The notes: generated from the sequence alone by a model not told the origin. DNA of 63,973 nucleotides, filler included, from an uncultured bacterium (GCA_964449065.1; 4 parts of 4 records of this genome joined end to end with filler, not necessarily neighbours in it), one strand, 5' to 3'; positions 20,155-30,378 are shown, numbered from the whole stretch's first letter. A program made the numbers and translations.

Positions 20155-21267
20155 ATGATTTGGGCTCTGCTAACGGTTTTTGTTTTTGTTTTAGCATACA
20201 GCAATGGAGCCAATGATAACTTTAATGGAGTTGCAACTTTATATGGAAGTAAAACGGCACCATACAAAAAAGCGCTGATATGGGCCACTGTCACCACCAT
20301 TGCCGGGAGTTTGGTGTCTTTAATTTTTGCCCAGGCGTTGGTAAAAACCTTTAGTGGAAAAGGGATCATTCCGGATGAACTATTAGGGACGCCGGAACTG
20401 TTGTTGCCGGTAAGCGCCGGTACCGCAATCACCATATTGATTGCCACCTTTATCGGGATGCCCACGTCAACCACTCATGCCTTAACCGGCTCACTTACCG
20501 GCATTGCATTTCTGACTTCGATTGACGGAATTCCTTACCATGCATTAACACAAAACTTTTTGGGTCCCTTGATTGCCAGCCCCATTCTTGCGATTGTTGT
20601 TTCGATTGGGGTGTATACCATGTTTCATCAATTCCGAAAACGGTTAGGCGTCACAAGCAATACCTGTATTTGTCTAAAAGAAGGGGATGTAATACCTGTT
20701 CATGTACAAACGGATGGAACGATGTATTTGCAGTCCTCCGGCAAAGCCATTGTTATGGATGAAGTTAAACACTGTATTCAAAGTTATGACGGCCGATTAT
20801 TAAAAATTGATGCCCAGAAGCCTGTGGACATGATGCACTACCTAAGCAGCGGTGCGGTTTGTTTCAGCCGGGCCGTAAATGATACGCCAAAGATCGCCGC
20901 CTTAATGCTGGCTGCCCCTGTTGCTTTTAGCTCACACTTCATTTTTGGAATGGTCGCCATCGCGATGGCGGTGGGAGGTTGGCTTAACGCCAAAAAAGTT
21001 GCCGAAACCATGAGTTACCGGATCACGGATTTCTCAACCGGCCAAGGATTATCCGCGAACCTTTCTACCGCCGCGTTGGTGTTGTTTGCGTCAAAATTAG
21101 GCATGCCGGTTTCCACAACACATGTCTCCTGCGGCACGTTATTTGGAATCGCTGCGATAAACCGGAAAGCGAAATGGGGTACGATCGCGCAAATCTTAAC
21201 CGTTTGGTTTACAACATTTCCCTTTGCCGCTGCCGTTGCCGCAACCATTTACTACTGCATATCTTAA
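20155..21267 (+). CDS. PiT-family inorganic phosphate (or sulfate) transporter
   Basis: NGANDNF, GMPTSTTHA, NDTPKI and GMPVSTTH signature repeats; multiple TMs. Confidence 0.9.
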   Translation: MIWALLTVFVFVLAYSNGANDNFNGVATLYGSKTAPYKKALIWATVTTIAGSLVSLIFAQALVKTFSGKGIIPDELLGTPELLLPVSAGTAITILIATFIGMPTSTTHALTGSLTGIAFLTSIDGIPYHALTQNFLGPLIASPILAIVVSIGVYTMFHQFRKRLGVTSNTCICLKEGDVIPVHVQTDGTMYLQSSGKAIVMDEVKHCIQSYDGRLLKIDAQKPVDMMHYLSSGAVCFSRAVNDTPKIAALMLAAPVAFSSHFIFGMVAIAMAVGGWLNAKKVAETMSYRITDFSTGQGLSANLSTAALVLFASKLGMPVSTTHVSCGTLFGIAAINRKAKWGTIAQILTVWFTTFPFAAAVAATIYYCIS

Positions 21268-21316
21268 ATGATTTACTGATTTGACGCAAAAATATATAAA
21301 ACGATAGAACCACTCT

Positions 21317-21432
21317 ATGCCATTGCGAGGGTTTGAGAATGGAGGGCGAACCTCCCGGTGAGCCAGAAGTACGCTTCCAGGTAACATTGTGGCTCGGCGG
21401 GAGCCTCGCCCTCCCAGGGTTCATAATGGCAT
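21317..21432. repeat. REP doublet (GGCTCGGCGGGAGCCTCGCCCTCCC family) within ATGCCATT inverted ends
   Basis: ggagggcgaacctcccggtgagcc pairs with ggctcggcgggagcctcgccctccc; other copies at 35722, 58648, 58680. Confidence 0.75.
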
Positions 21433-21487
21433 CTGATGTCAAGATTATTCAATAATTCATCGTGAACTTTTCTGTTGAATACTGGTT

Positions 21488-23005
21488 CTATTTTTTCTCT
21501 TTAAGGCGGAATATAACAGAGTAATAGTATTGCGGGGTAAACCGAAATGCCATGCATTCCGGATTGCTGGTTAAAGGAATATTTTGCGGTGCAACCATGA
21601 TATCCGGCAATAGCGGTATAGCCATATAGCTGCCCGGGGAGGTGGCGGCGCTCCAACTTTGGATGGGGACGACATCAAACTCTTTGCGCAACTCATCAAT
21701 GATTTCCGCGTAATTTGGAGAGTAGGTATTGTGCAAGACGATCAGATCACCCGCCCGCGGTTCATGCTCAAAAATCGGAAGAATCTCCCTGCCCGACCAG
21801 AATTCCATTTTCACGTTATCGGCATGGGCACCATAGCGCTCATCAGAAAGCACTCTGGATTCCTTGCCGGTCTCACGTAAATACTTTGCCGAATCCACCA
21901 AATCACCAAACGCGCCGCGTTGATAATACAGCACGGCTATGGTCATTAAAGCCAAGTTGACAATTACAACCCCTTTTATGGTTGACCGCCAGATCGGGTT
22001 ATTCCAAAACCCCGCGATTTGAACAACTCCATACCCCGCCATCACACACCATAGCGGGATCAATGGCAGCAAATAGCGGTATTGAAAGGACCGAAACGCG
22101 CTCTGCACGATGAGAAATGCAACCACCGCTATGAGAAAAAACTGGACAAAGCGCTTTTGGGCACAATTGCCTTGCCAAAAACAGGCTATCCCCGCTACCC
22201 CGCAGATGAACAGGCTATACGTAACCGCCCAAGGATAATACAAGATAAAGGTTTCAAACATCACCCAATAGCCAATCATTGTGGATAAAACGTCATGCAT
22301 GGCGCGTTCGGCGAACTGCTCTTGATGGCCGAAACCGCGGTAAGCAATCCAGCACCCCAATACAATCCATGGGGTTAGAGAAATAATCGTGCTTTTGATG
22401 GCTCCCCATGGCGTGGTTTCAGCCCATAACTCACGTTTTTTGTAGATCACCCAGGCTATAAAGGGGGTGAAAAAGAAGGCTTGATAACGCACCAGCGAGA
22501 ATAATCCCACCAATCCAATCAAATAACAAACCCGTTTGGATTTGCCGTTCAGTATTAACATGAGCATATACGTACAGAGAATAAATCCCAAACAAAAAAA
22601 CGAATCGGTCATCACACGAATCGACCAGCGGTTAAACACAGGAGAAAGTGCAAGAAAAAGTGTTGCCCATTCGGCTTGCCGAACGTTATCCAATACATGA
22701 AGCGCCAGCAGGTAAAACACGATAAGTGAGGCTACTGAGGCTAAGATAGATACAACACGGCCAGCAAGTACAAGGTCTTCGATCAGAAAATTAGCGGCAG
22801 TAACCAGGGCACTGTATCCGGGGGGAAAAAAAACAATCGGGGATTCCCACAGTTGCAGTTGGATAATTCCATCGGTATACTCCCCTTGGTTCCATTGCAG
22901 CAACAGCATCTTGAGTATGAGAGACATCAGTACAATGAATACGATCGAATTTGGGAATTGATTCGCTTTACGGTTCGATGTAATGGAGAAGAAATTCATT
23001 AACAC
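21488..23005 (-). CDS. GT-C fold glycosyltransferase (ArnT/PMT family 39-like)
   Basis: ~11 TMs; EYTD, PPGY, GR.VS, MTD, RYQ and RYLLP motifs. Confidence 0.8.
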   Translation of the reverse strand: MLMNFFSITSNRKANQFPNSIVFIVLMSLILKMLLLQWNQGEYTDGIIQLQLWESPIVFFPPGYSALVTAANFLIEDLVLAGRVVSILASVASLIVFYLLALHVLDNVRQAEWATLFLALSPVFNRWSIRVMTDSFFCLGFILCTYMLMLILNGKSKRVCYLIGLVGLFSLVRYQAFFFTPFIAWVIYKKRELWAETTPWGAIKSTIISLTPWIVLGCWIAYRGFGHQEQFAERAMHDVLSTMIGYWVMFETFILYYPWAVTYSLFICGVAGIACFWQGNCAQKRFVQFFLIAVVAFLIVQSAFRSFQYRYLLPLIPLWCVMAGYGVVQIAGFWNNPIWRSTIKGVVIVNLALMTIAVLYYQRGAFGDLVDSAKYLRETGKESRVLSDERYGAHADNVKMEFWSGREILPIFEHEPRAGDLIVLHNTYSPNYAEIIDELRKEFDVVPIQSWSAATSPGSYMAIPLLPDIMVAPQNIPLTSNPECMAFRFTPQYYYSVIFRLKEKK

Positions 23006-23190
23006 TACCCTATCACAGGAGAATGGAACTAGTTTACAGCCATTTCATCCCCTTTTGGAAGAATTACAATACGAGACAATTTTTTTTCCGTTATTGAGGG
23101 GCAAAATTCGTATACTGATTTGAGACAGAATCACAACATATTGCACATCGTTGTTGTGAATAATCCAATAAACCTATAGGAACTCACGTT

Positions 23191-24978
23191 ATGGATGTTT
23201 TGACCAACATTTTGTATTTTTTGATCGTATTAGGATTCGTCGTTATTTTTCATGAATGGGGACATTACATTGTCGCCAAATTATGCGGAGCGAAAGTCAA
23301 AGTGTTTGCCGTCGGCATGGGGCCGAAAGTCGTGGGCTTTAAGTGGGGGGAAACGGAATACAATCTTTGCGCTTTGCCAATCGGTGGATATGTCAACATT
23401 GCAGGGATGTCTCCGGAAGATGAATTAACCGGTGAATCGTGGGAATATCTGCAACTGCCGGCTTACCGTAGAATCTTGATCGTTTTGGCCGGGCCGATCA
23501 TGAACTTTGTGCTGGCCTTTCTGTTATACTCTTTGATCTTCACCACCTTTGGAAAGTCTTATACAGGCACGCAAACAATTGGCGACGTTCCCGCCGGCAG
23601 CATCGGTTGGGAAATGGGATTGCGTGAAGGCGACAAAATACTATCTCTCAACGGCCATGAGGTCGAATCGTGGGAAGACATTGTCCGCCATCAAACCGAT
23701 TTCCAAAACGGAGATATTACCGTAACAATCGAACGAACTGGTGAAATTCTTACCAAATCCCATGACGTTCCGCCTTATTACCTGCAACCATCTATAACGG
23801 AAAACAGTGAAGTTGCGGAACCCATCGCTCCTCCTGCCGATTACGAAGGAATCTTCGTTTCCGATGTGTTAGAAGGCAGCGCGGCGGAAAAATACGGTAT
23901 TAAACCAGGCACCGTCATCCATTCGGTGGATGGGAAGCAGTTTGAAAGCCGGATAGAGTGGTCGGACTATTTATCGCAGCAGTATGTAAAGCAAGACGAT
24001 GGGACGTATGTCCCAAAAGAAATCCAACTGACGATGACCACACCGGATGGCGAAACCGTAACCAAATCTCTCACACCGAAATTGGTGTATCCGGCAGAAG
24101 ACGCGGAACCGGGGCATCCCGTTTCAAAAATCGGATTGTCGTACCAAGGCGAAGTGAAACCCAAAGAGTGGTTTTCGCAAATGTATACCTTACCGGTTTT
24201 GGGAGTTGCGCCGAAATTGCCGCCTGTGATTGGAGAAGTACAAGCCAACAGCCCGGCTGACAAAGCCGGCATTGCCGAAGGTTCACGGCTAGTGGAAATG
24301 AACGGAGAACCGGTAGACAATTGGATTACGATCCGGGGCAGAGTGCAAGACGCCGTCGTTCAACAAGAGGATGGAACCTTTAAAGCCGAACCGGTATCTA
24401 TCACATGGCTGAGTCCGAATAACGAGATGAAATCGGCCGAGGTGACCCCCACGCTGATGAAATCACCCATTATGACCCCGGAAAGTTTAAAAGAAGGAAA
24501 AGAATACTACATCGCTCAACTGGGTTTTAACGTGCAGCAAGACAAGATCAAGATGGGGATAATCGGCGCGATGGTAGCCGGTATAGAAGAGACCTACCTG
24601 GCACTGGACCGAACCTTAAGCGTTCTATACCGGTTGGTGACCGGCAATATTTCCATCAAAGTGATGGGCGGCCCGATCGCGATTTATAAGTTTTCGGAAG
24701 AACACGGCCGCTGGGGGATGGAGATGTTCTTTACCTTCATCGCGTTCTTTTCGGTGAACCTGGGCTTGATCAACCTGTTCCCGTTGCCGCCGCTGGATGG
24801 CGGGCATGTGGTCTTTTATGTGTGGGAAATCATCTCGCGCCGCAAGGTAACGATGGAGCAGATGGAAAACTTCGGCAAGGTCGGGTTCGCGCTGATCATC
24901 CCCTTTATGCTGTTTATGGTGTTTAACGACCTGATGCGCTTTGATGTGTTTACCTGGATCGGCGGATTGTTTGGTTAG
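23191..24978 (+). CDS. rseP: RIP metalloprotease RseP (M50) with extended PDZ region
   Basis: HEWGH, LPIGGYV, AGPIMN, NLFPLPPLDGGH; three PDZ-like repeats. Confidence 0.93.
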   Translation: MDVLTNILYFLIVLGFVVIFHEWGHYIVAKLCGAKVKVFAVGMGPKVVGFKWGETEYNLCALPIGGYVNIAGMSPEDELTGESWEYLQLPAYRRILIVLAGPIMNFVLAFLLYSLIFTTFGKSYTGTQTIGDVPAGSIGWEMGLREGDKILSLNGHEVESWEDIVRHQTDFQNGDITVTIERTGEILTKSHDVPPYYLQPSITENSEVAEPIAPPADYEGIFVSDVLEGSAAEKYGIKPGTVIHSVDGKQFESRIEWSDYLSQQYVKQDDGTYVPKEIQLTMTTPDGETVTKSLTPKLVYPAEDAEPGHPVSKIGLSYQGEVKPKEWFSQMYTLPVLGVAPKLPPVIGEVQANSPADKAGIAEGSRLVEMNGEPVDNWITIRGRVQDAVVQQEDGTFKAEPVSITWLSPNNEMKSAEVTPTLMKSPIMTPESLKEGKEYYIAQLGFNVQQDKIKMGIIGAMVAGIEETYLALDRTLSVLYRLVTGNISIKVMGGPIAIYKFSEEHGRWGMEMFFTFIAFFSVNLGLINLFPLPPLDGGHVVFYVWEIISRRKVTMEQMENFGKVGFALIIPFMLFMVFNDLMRFDVFTWIGGLFG

Positions 24979-25000
24979 TAACAACTGAGTAAGGTTTTTA

Positions 25001-25039
25001 TCCAACCGGCTGGGGTGAGCGCCTCAGCCGGTATTTTTC
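25001..25039 (+). terminator. Hairpin with U-tract after rseP; direct repeat of 26768-26807
   Basis: ccggctggggtgagcgcctcagccggta followed by ttttt. Confidence 0.7.
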
Positions 25040-25140
25040 TTGGTTGAATGGAGTGATATCCAGTTGGTTGATGTTTGATTGATGAATAAATTGAATGTTC
25101 CATGACTTTGTAGGGGCACGTTGCAATATGCCCCTACATG

Positions 25141-25512
25141 CTATTTCAATTTCTCGATTGTAACGTTACCGTTTTCTTCTATCTCAAGAATTACCCGGTA
25201 ACCAGAAAGCATAGCCATTCCAACGAGGGGTTCACTATCCACGGCAAGTGCTCCAATAGTACGTTCTTGTCCATCCCAAACTACAGTGATCTCATACATA
25301 TCGATGGACACCTCTTTGCCGTCCCCTAAGACCGCCCGTGTCGTGCAGGCAAACTGCAAATTGAGGTCAGCAGCATATCGTAACGGTATAGATAAAAATC
25401 CATTAAAACCGGTATCGATAGCAGCATTGATCATGATTTCTTGATTCCCCATACCTCGAATACGAACTGGGATGACGGCTTCCCGGTTGGATGTAAGTAT
25501 ACCAATGATCAT
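25141..25512 (-). CDS. Clan AA aspartic protease (AF_0612-like)
   Basis: IDTGFNG catalytic motif and PLVGMAML. Confidence 0.88.
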   Translation of the reverse strand: MIIGILTSNREAVIPVRIRGMGNQEIMINAAIDTGFNGFLSIPLRYAADLNLQFACTTRAVLGDGKEVSIDMYEITVVWDGQERTIGALAVDSEPLVGMAMLSGYRVILEIEENGNVTIEKLK

Positions 25513-25778
25513 AATTTCTCTGCCAACATTGTTCCACCCAACCTATACGCTGTCGTTGAGCCGACCCGCAATAAAAAAAGCGCAGCGTCCGGGTTCTTTA
25601 TTTTCGCGCGTTTCAGAGCAGCCAGTTCACTGTTATCTGTTTCAAACTCACCTGTCTCGATATCCACTACCAGAAATTTCCCCTGTTCCTCAGAAGATAG
25701 TTTGGGACGGATTTGTTCTTCATAAATAGCCTGACCACGTTGTACGATCTCATCAGTTGTATAGTTTGAATGGGACAT
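25509..25778 (-). CDS. Small hypothetical partner of the aspartic protease (DUF5678-like)
   Basis: GGAGG RBS before MSHSN; GKFLVVDIETGEF; ATGA overlap with the protease gene. Confidence 0.75.
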   Translation of the reverse strand: MSHSNYTTDEIVQRGQAIYEEQIRPKLSSEEQGKFLVVDIETGEFETDNSELAALKRAKIKNPDAALFLLRVGSTTAYRLGGTMLAEKL

Positions 25779-25959
25779 TGCTATTTCCTCCAGAGCCAAT
25801 TATAGCAACAGACGAGTGGCAAGGGAAAGGCTGTTTGTCTTCACTTGCTGAAGTACGTCACTAATTTTGTCAAACAACCAGATTGCTTCGTTAAAATTCC
25901 TTTGGAGAAGTCCATCTATGAAACAGAATGATTTCTGTATGGATTTTGACTCTCATCGC

Positions 25960-26013
25960 GCCCCCCTTTGTCCTCCTTGCGTCGGACATCTCTCCCCAAA
26001 TTTTGGAGAAGAC
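25960..26013. repeat. Palindromic repeat, inverted copy at 53988-54035
   Basis: cctccttgcgtcggacatctctccccaaa vs tttgggggagatgtccgacgcaaggagg. Confidence 0.7.
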
Positions 26014-26111
26014 AATAGCATTAGCAGGTTGGAAGCCTGCTAATGGTTTAACTCTGTTTCTTTCTTCAAGTTCCCAGGCAGCCCGGTTGGGGGCTCGCAA
26101 TGACTACTATT

Positions 26112-26333
26112 CTAAGCGGCAAAGTGAACAACTTCCAATTCATGAGTCGTGTCGACTTTATCGATCATGCTATCCACTTTTTCCATCACCGCATCTTCCA
26201 ACAGAAATTCTTTGCAGCCATCACATTGCAAAACGGGTAACCCCTTCATAATTACAATGGATGTGTCACTAATTTTAAACGGTAAGGTTGTGTTTACAGA
26301 AGATAGAGTTGATCCGCAAATATGGCATTTCAT
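26112..26333 (-). CDS. YgiT-type zinc-finger protein (MqsA N-terminal-like)
   Basis: MKCHICG...PVLQCDGCKE; ATGA overlap with the DUF4258 gene. Confidence 0.85.
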   Translation of the reverse strand: MKCHICGSTLSSVNTTLPFKISDTSIVIMKGLPVLQCDGCKEFLLEDAVMEKVDSMIDKVDTTHELEVVHFAA

Positions 26334-26656
26334 TTTTTTGTTCTCCTGGTTTTCAAGTCGGGTTCCCATTTATCCGGATTCGGTTTATATGCTGTAACGA
26401 TTCTCACATGATCCTTTTCTTTATCCATAGCAAAAACAATATGAAACCTCTCTTGATTATACTCTGAATAAACCAAACAACCGGGTAAATATTTGTCTTT
26501 TGGATACGATTCAATGATTTCATACTTTTCAATAGAATCCACTATAAATTGTCTGGGAATAAACCGTTCCTTTAGCCTCATATTAACATGGTATGTCCAT
26601 AGTACTTTTTTTTCTTTCACACAATTCCGGATAAAATCAAGCGTCGTCATTTCCAA
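26330..26656 (-). CDS. DUF4258 domain protein (putative toxin)
   Basis: T.H...RL.ER.I, IIESYPKDKY.P..L, HIV, VTAYKP...W. Confidence 0.85.
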   Translation of the reverse strand: MEMTTLDFIRNCVKEKKVLWTYHVNMRLKERFIPRQFIVDSIEKYEIIESYPKDKYLPGCLVYSEYNQERFHIVFAMDKEKDHVRIVTAYKPNPDKWEPDLKTRRTKK

Positions 26657-26767
26657 GCCTTCAACTCATTCCAATACGAAATACTTGAAATGATCATAAA
26701 GCAATGGGAAACCGCTTGCAACTCAAATCATGCAATCAAATCATGCAATCATCCTAAATTCGATTCT

Positions 26768-26807
26768 TCCAGCCGGCTGGGGTGAGCGCCTCAGCCGGTA
26801 ATTTTTC
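26768..26807 (+). repeat. Second copy of the 25001-25039 hairpin
   Basis: Identical 28-bp core ccggctggggtgagcgcctcagccggta. Confidence 0.8.
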
Positions 26808-26844
26808 GTCTGGTTACAGCATGAATTCCGTGATATCATGATAT

Positions 26845-27084
26845 ATGATTCAATCGTTCCGAAATAAAGCGGCCGAANNNNNNNNNNNNNNNNNNNNNNN
26901 NNNNNNNNNNNNNNNNNNNNNNNNNNNNNNNNNNNNNNNNNNNNNNNNNNNNNNNNNNNNNNNNNNNNNNNNNNNNNGCGGCCGAAAAGGACAATACAGC
27001 ATACGTATCAACGATCAATACCGCATTTGTTTTGAGTGGTCCAAAGAAGGGCCGGCGAATGTTGAAATCACGGATTATCACTAG
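26845..27084 (+). CDS. higB: HigB (plasmid maintenance system killer) toxin, interrupted by a 100-N scaffold gap
   Basis: MIQSFRNK... and [17 protein letters not shown]...VEITDYH. Confidence 0.85.
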   Translation: MIQSFRNKAAEXXXXXXXXXXXXXXXXXXXXXXXXXXXXXXXXXXGRKGQYSIRINDQYRICFEWSKEGPANVEITDYH

Positions 27085-27193
27085 TACAGTGTCAACGTTT
27101 TATTGACGGGTATCGATCCCCCCTAGCCCCCCCCTTAACAAGGGGGGGAACAACGGATAACCAGCCGTCATTTTTAGATTAACACAATACTAG
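27081..27193. mobile_element. ~110-bp MITE-like element bounded by CTAG, between higB and higA
   Basis: CTAG-tacagtgtcaa ... ttaacacaata-CTAG imperfect terminal inverted repeats; internal CCCCC/GGGGG hairpin; homologous to 35570-35679 and 19-68. Confidence 0.8.
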
Positions 27194-27212
27194 ACGTTTT
27201 GGAGAATGACTT

Positions 27213-27530
27213 ATGGTTCGAATCCCCACACACCGTCCACCCACACATCCCGGAGAAATGCTGCTGGAAGAATTTTTGAATCCAATGGGTATCTCACAAA
27301 AGCAGTTGGCGGATGCCATTCAAGTTCCCTATCAACGCATCAATGAAATCATTCATGCGAAACGGGGGGTCACGCCCAGCACAGCGCTGCGGTTGGCGAA
27401 GTATTTCCGCATGTCACCGGATTTCTGGCTCAATCTTCAGCAACGGTGGGATTTGTTCCATGCTCAGCAAAAGGAACAGGTATATTTGAAGCATATCAAG
27501 CCAGCAGAGACCTATCAAAATATAGGGTAA
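27213..27530 (+). CDS. higA: HigA family addiction module antitoxin
   Basis: PTHPGEMLLEEFL, RINEII..KRGVTPSTALRL, FWLNLQ. Confidence 0.93.
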   Translation: MVRIPTHRPPTHPGEMLLEEFLNPMGISQKQLADAIQVPYQRINEIIHAKRGVTPSTALRLAKYFRMSPDFWLNLQQRWDLFHAQQKEQVYLKHIKPAETYQNIG

Positions 27531-27641
27531 ACCATTTACATCTTTATCAACTGTTTCTTACTTCGTAGCTTGCCTTGTGAGCATAACCTTCCCTGCTACC
27601 ATTCACCATCGTAATCGAATGATATTTTTGCAGGTATAAAT

Positions 27642-29366
27642 ATGAGACAATCGCAAGGATTTTTTCCGACATTAAAAGAGGTTCCCAAAGACGCGGAAGC
27701 GAAAAGCCATATCCTGATGCTGCGCGCCGGGTTGATCCGGCAGTTGGCGATGGGGCTGTATACTTATCTGCCCTTCGGTAGACGCGCGCTGAAAAAGGTG
27801 GAAGAGATCATCCGCCAGGAAATGGACCGCGCGGGCGCGATAGAAGTGCTCATGCCCAGCTTGCAGCCGGATACCCTGTGGAAAGAATCCGGCCGCTGGG
27901 ATGTCATGGGGCCGGAACTGATGCGCCTGCAAGACCGCAACGAGCGCAACTTTGTGCTGGGCCCGACGCATGAAGAAGTCATCACCACGCTGGTTGGGAA
28001 CGAACTCCGTTCGTACCGTGATTTACCCAAGAACATCTATCAAATACAAACCAAATTCCGGGATGAAGTGCGCCCGCGTTTTGGCGTGATCCGTTCGCGT
28101 GAGTTTATTATGAAGGACGGCTATTCGTTCGATTGCGATGAAGAGGGTGCCACCAAATCGTATGAGATTATGAAGCAGGCGTATAAAGATACCTTTAAAC
28201 GCTGCGGGTTGGATACCATCGCGGTGGAAGCCGATACCGGGGCGATGGGCGGCTCGCACTCGCATGAGTTTATGGTGCTGGCGGATATCGGCGAAGCGGA
28301 AGTGGTGTTGTGCAAAGAAAGCGGCTACCAAGCCAACCGCGAATTGGCGGAATGCCCTGCCCCGGATGAAGTCACAACTCCGGATGATACGCCTGCTGTC
28401 GAAGATATTCACACCCCGGATCAAAAGACAATTGAGGAAGTCTCCGCGTTTTTGAAATCCTCTCCCAAGCAGATGATCAAAACATTGATCTTTACCGATG
28501 GAGAGAAACCGTTTGTGGTGTTGCTGCGCGGTGATCATACCGTCAATGAAGTCAAACTCACCAACACGCTTGGTAAACCGGTTGAACTGGCGCCGCCGGA
28601 AGTGATTGAAGAAGTTACCGGGGCGCCGGTTGGATTTGCCGGGCCGGTTGGAATGAGCGGATATGAGATATGGGCCGACCACGCAATCCAGTCAATTGGC
28701 GTGGGGATTACCGGCGCGAACAAGAAAGATTATCACCGCAAGAATGTGGTATTAGACCGCGATTATAAAGTAGACCGCTGGGGGGATTTTCGTTTGGCGG
28801 AAGACGGCGATCCCTGCCCGGTTAGCGGAAAGCCGGTTTCGATCCGGTACGGAATCGAAGTCGGGCATGTGTTTGTGTTGGGTACCAAATACAGCGAAGC
28901 GCTTGAAGCCTATTACACCGCGGAAGACGGCAGCCAAAAACCGATGGTGATGGGATGCTTCGGCATTGGAGTAAGCCGGACGCTGGCCTCCGTGCTGGAA
29001 GTCAACAACGATGAAAACGGCATCATCTGGCCGGTATCGGTGGCACCCTATCATGTGCATATTTTGATGTTGTCCAATAAAAGCGATGAAGTAAAAGCGA
29101 CTGCTGAAAAATTGTATGAAGACTTTCAAGCCCAAGGCCTGGACGTGTTATTGGATGACCGCGATGAACGTCCCGGCTTCAAATTTAAGGACGCCGATCT
29201 GTTTGGGATTCCCTACCGCGTGGTTGTGGGAGAGAAGTCGCTGAAAGAAGGCAATGTCGAGTATCTGCGCCGCCGCGATTTGGATAAAAAGTTGGCCCCG
29301 CCGGATGAATGTTTTAATACCGTCCTTGGATGGTATGAAGAAGATTTGGCGGCTTTGCAGCCTTAA
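27642..29366 (+). CDS. proS: Proline--tRNA ligase (bacterial type with INS editing domain)
   Basis: LGPTHEE, KFRDEVRPRFG, GIEVGHVF.LGTKYS, MGCFGIG motifs. Confidence 0.97.
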   Translation: MRQSQGFFPTLKEVPKDAEAKSHILMLRAGLIRQLAMGLYTYLPFGRRALKKVEEIIRQEMDRAGAIEVLMPSLQPDTLWKESGRWDVMGPELMRLQDRNERNFVLGPTHEEVITTLVGNELRSYRDLPKNIYQIQTKFRDEVRPRFGVIRSREFIMKDGYSFDCDEEGATKSYEIMKQAYKDTFKRCGLDTIAVEADTGAMGGSHSHEFMVLADIGEAEVVLCKESGYQANRELAECPAPDEVTTPDDTPAVEDIHTPDQKTIEEVSAFLKSSPKQMIKTLIFTDGEKPFVVLLRGDHTVNEVKLTNTLGKPVELAPPEVIEEVTGAPVGFAGPVGMSGYEIWADHAIQSIGVGITGANKKDYHRKNVVLDRDYKVDRWGDFRLAEDGDPCPVSGKPVSIRYGIEVGHVFVLGTKYSEALEAYYTAEDGSQKPMVMGCFGIGVSRTLASVLEVNNDENGIIWPVSVAPYHVHILMLSNKSDEVKATAEKLYEDFQAQGLDVLLDDRDERPGFKFKDADLFGIPYRVVVGEKSLKEGNVEYLRRRDLDKKLAPPDECFNTVLGWYEEDLAALQP

Positions 29367-29541
29367 TTACAATTCACAAACGCGATTGTCTGTCTATTCA
29401 GGTGCGGGTAGTTAGGTATACGCTACCAAATATCCATCGATTTTGAACAAACAATCATCCTTCATACTCAAACATTTATCTCTGTTTTGTTTTGTTTTTC
29501 TCTGCATCATATAAAATTGGAAGATAAAAAGTGGAGATAAA

Positions 29542-30378
29542 ATGATGATGGCAACACGGTTTTTGCAATTGAATATCGCTTTATTCTTAATAATCGTTTA
29601 TATACATCCAACATTTGCCAGGGATGACTTTGCCATGACTTCGGATATGAACACCATTCCATCCAAAATCGAATCAAACGACGCGCAAAAAGCGTTTGAA
29701 GTTATCCAATCCATTGTGGAAGAACACCCGCATAATATGCTGATTCAACAGCAGGCTTCCGCATTGCTTGATATCATATCGAACACAAACCGGCAGCAAA
29801 GAATCGCAAACGAGATTGAAAAAGCCTATCAAGAAATCCAAGGCATTTTGAATTTTGAAATCACCCGGGAAGGATCGGATTTAGCCAATGGATTCCCGGA
29901 ACCGGGTCCGTTGGGAGAGATTCAAATTAAAGAGTATCCGAAATACCGCATGGCGGTTGCCGAGAAAGGCTGGTTTCAGTTTTCCACGTTTTATACGCTA
30001 TTCAATCACATACAAAACAACGACATCGCAATGACCATTCCGGTGGAAATGAAGTATGAAGAACAGCCCAATGATGTAGACAACGTAGACATGGGCTTTA
30101 TCTATGAAAATCCGGATACCGGAAAGCCCCAAAAAGACGGCAGCGTGGTCGTGAGAGATTTTCCACCTATCAAAGTGGTGACTGTCGGTTTAAAGGGCAG
30201 TCGAAACGACAGCGATATCCATTCCGCTGCCAAGACACTCAAGCAATGGCTGAATGTTATCCATCCGGAATATGAAATCGCAGGAAAATTGCGGGTTATG
30301 GCCTATAACAGCCCCAGAATTCCACGGGAGAAGAACTACTATGAAGTACAATATCCTATTGTAGAGTTAGAGAAATAA
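29542..30378 (+). CDS. SOUL heme-binding family protein, secreted
   Basis: F.TLFNHI...IAMTIPV, M.F.Y, RVMAYNSP...YEVQ; signal peptide. Confidence 0.75.
   Translation: MMMATRFLQLNIALFLIIVYIHPTFARDDFAMTSDMNTIPSKIESNDAQKAFEVIQSIVEEHPHNMLIQQQASALLDIISNTNRQQRIANEIEKAYQEIQGILNFEITREGSDLANGFPEPGPLGEIQIKEYPKYRMAVAEKGWFQFSTFYTLFNHIQNNDIAMTIPVEMKYEEQPNDVDNVDMGFIYENPDTGKPQKDGSVVVRDFPPIKVVTVGLKGSRNDSDIHSAAKTLKQWLNVIHPEYEIAGKLRVMAYNSPRIPREKNYYEVQYPIVELEK

Noticed and set aside
26869..26986. gcggccgaa on both sides of the 100-N gap in higB, suggesting a target-site duplication
   Set aside because: Both flanks translate as normal HigB termini and the gap length is a placeholder; more likely an assembly break. 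Cannot be assessed.
25001..27530. Integron cassette array for the TA cluster
   Set aside because: No integrase and no convincing attC (RYYYAAC...GTTRRRY) sites were identified; genes lie in both orientations.
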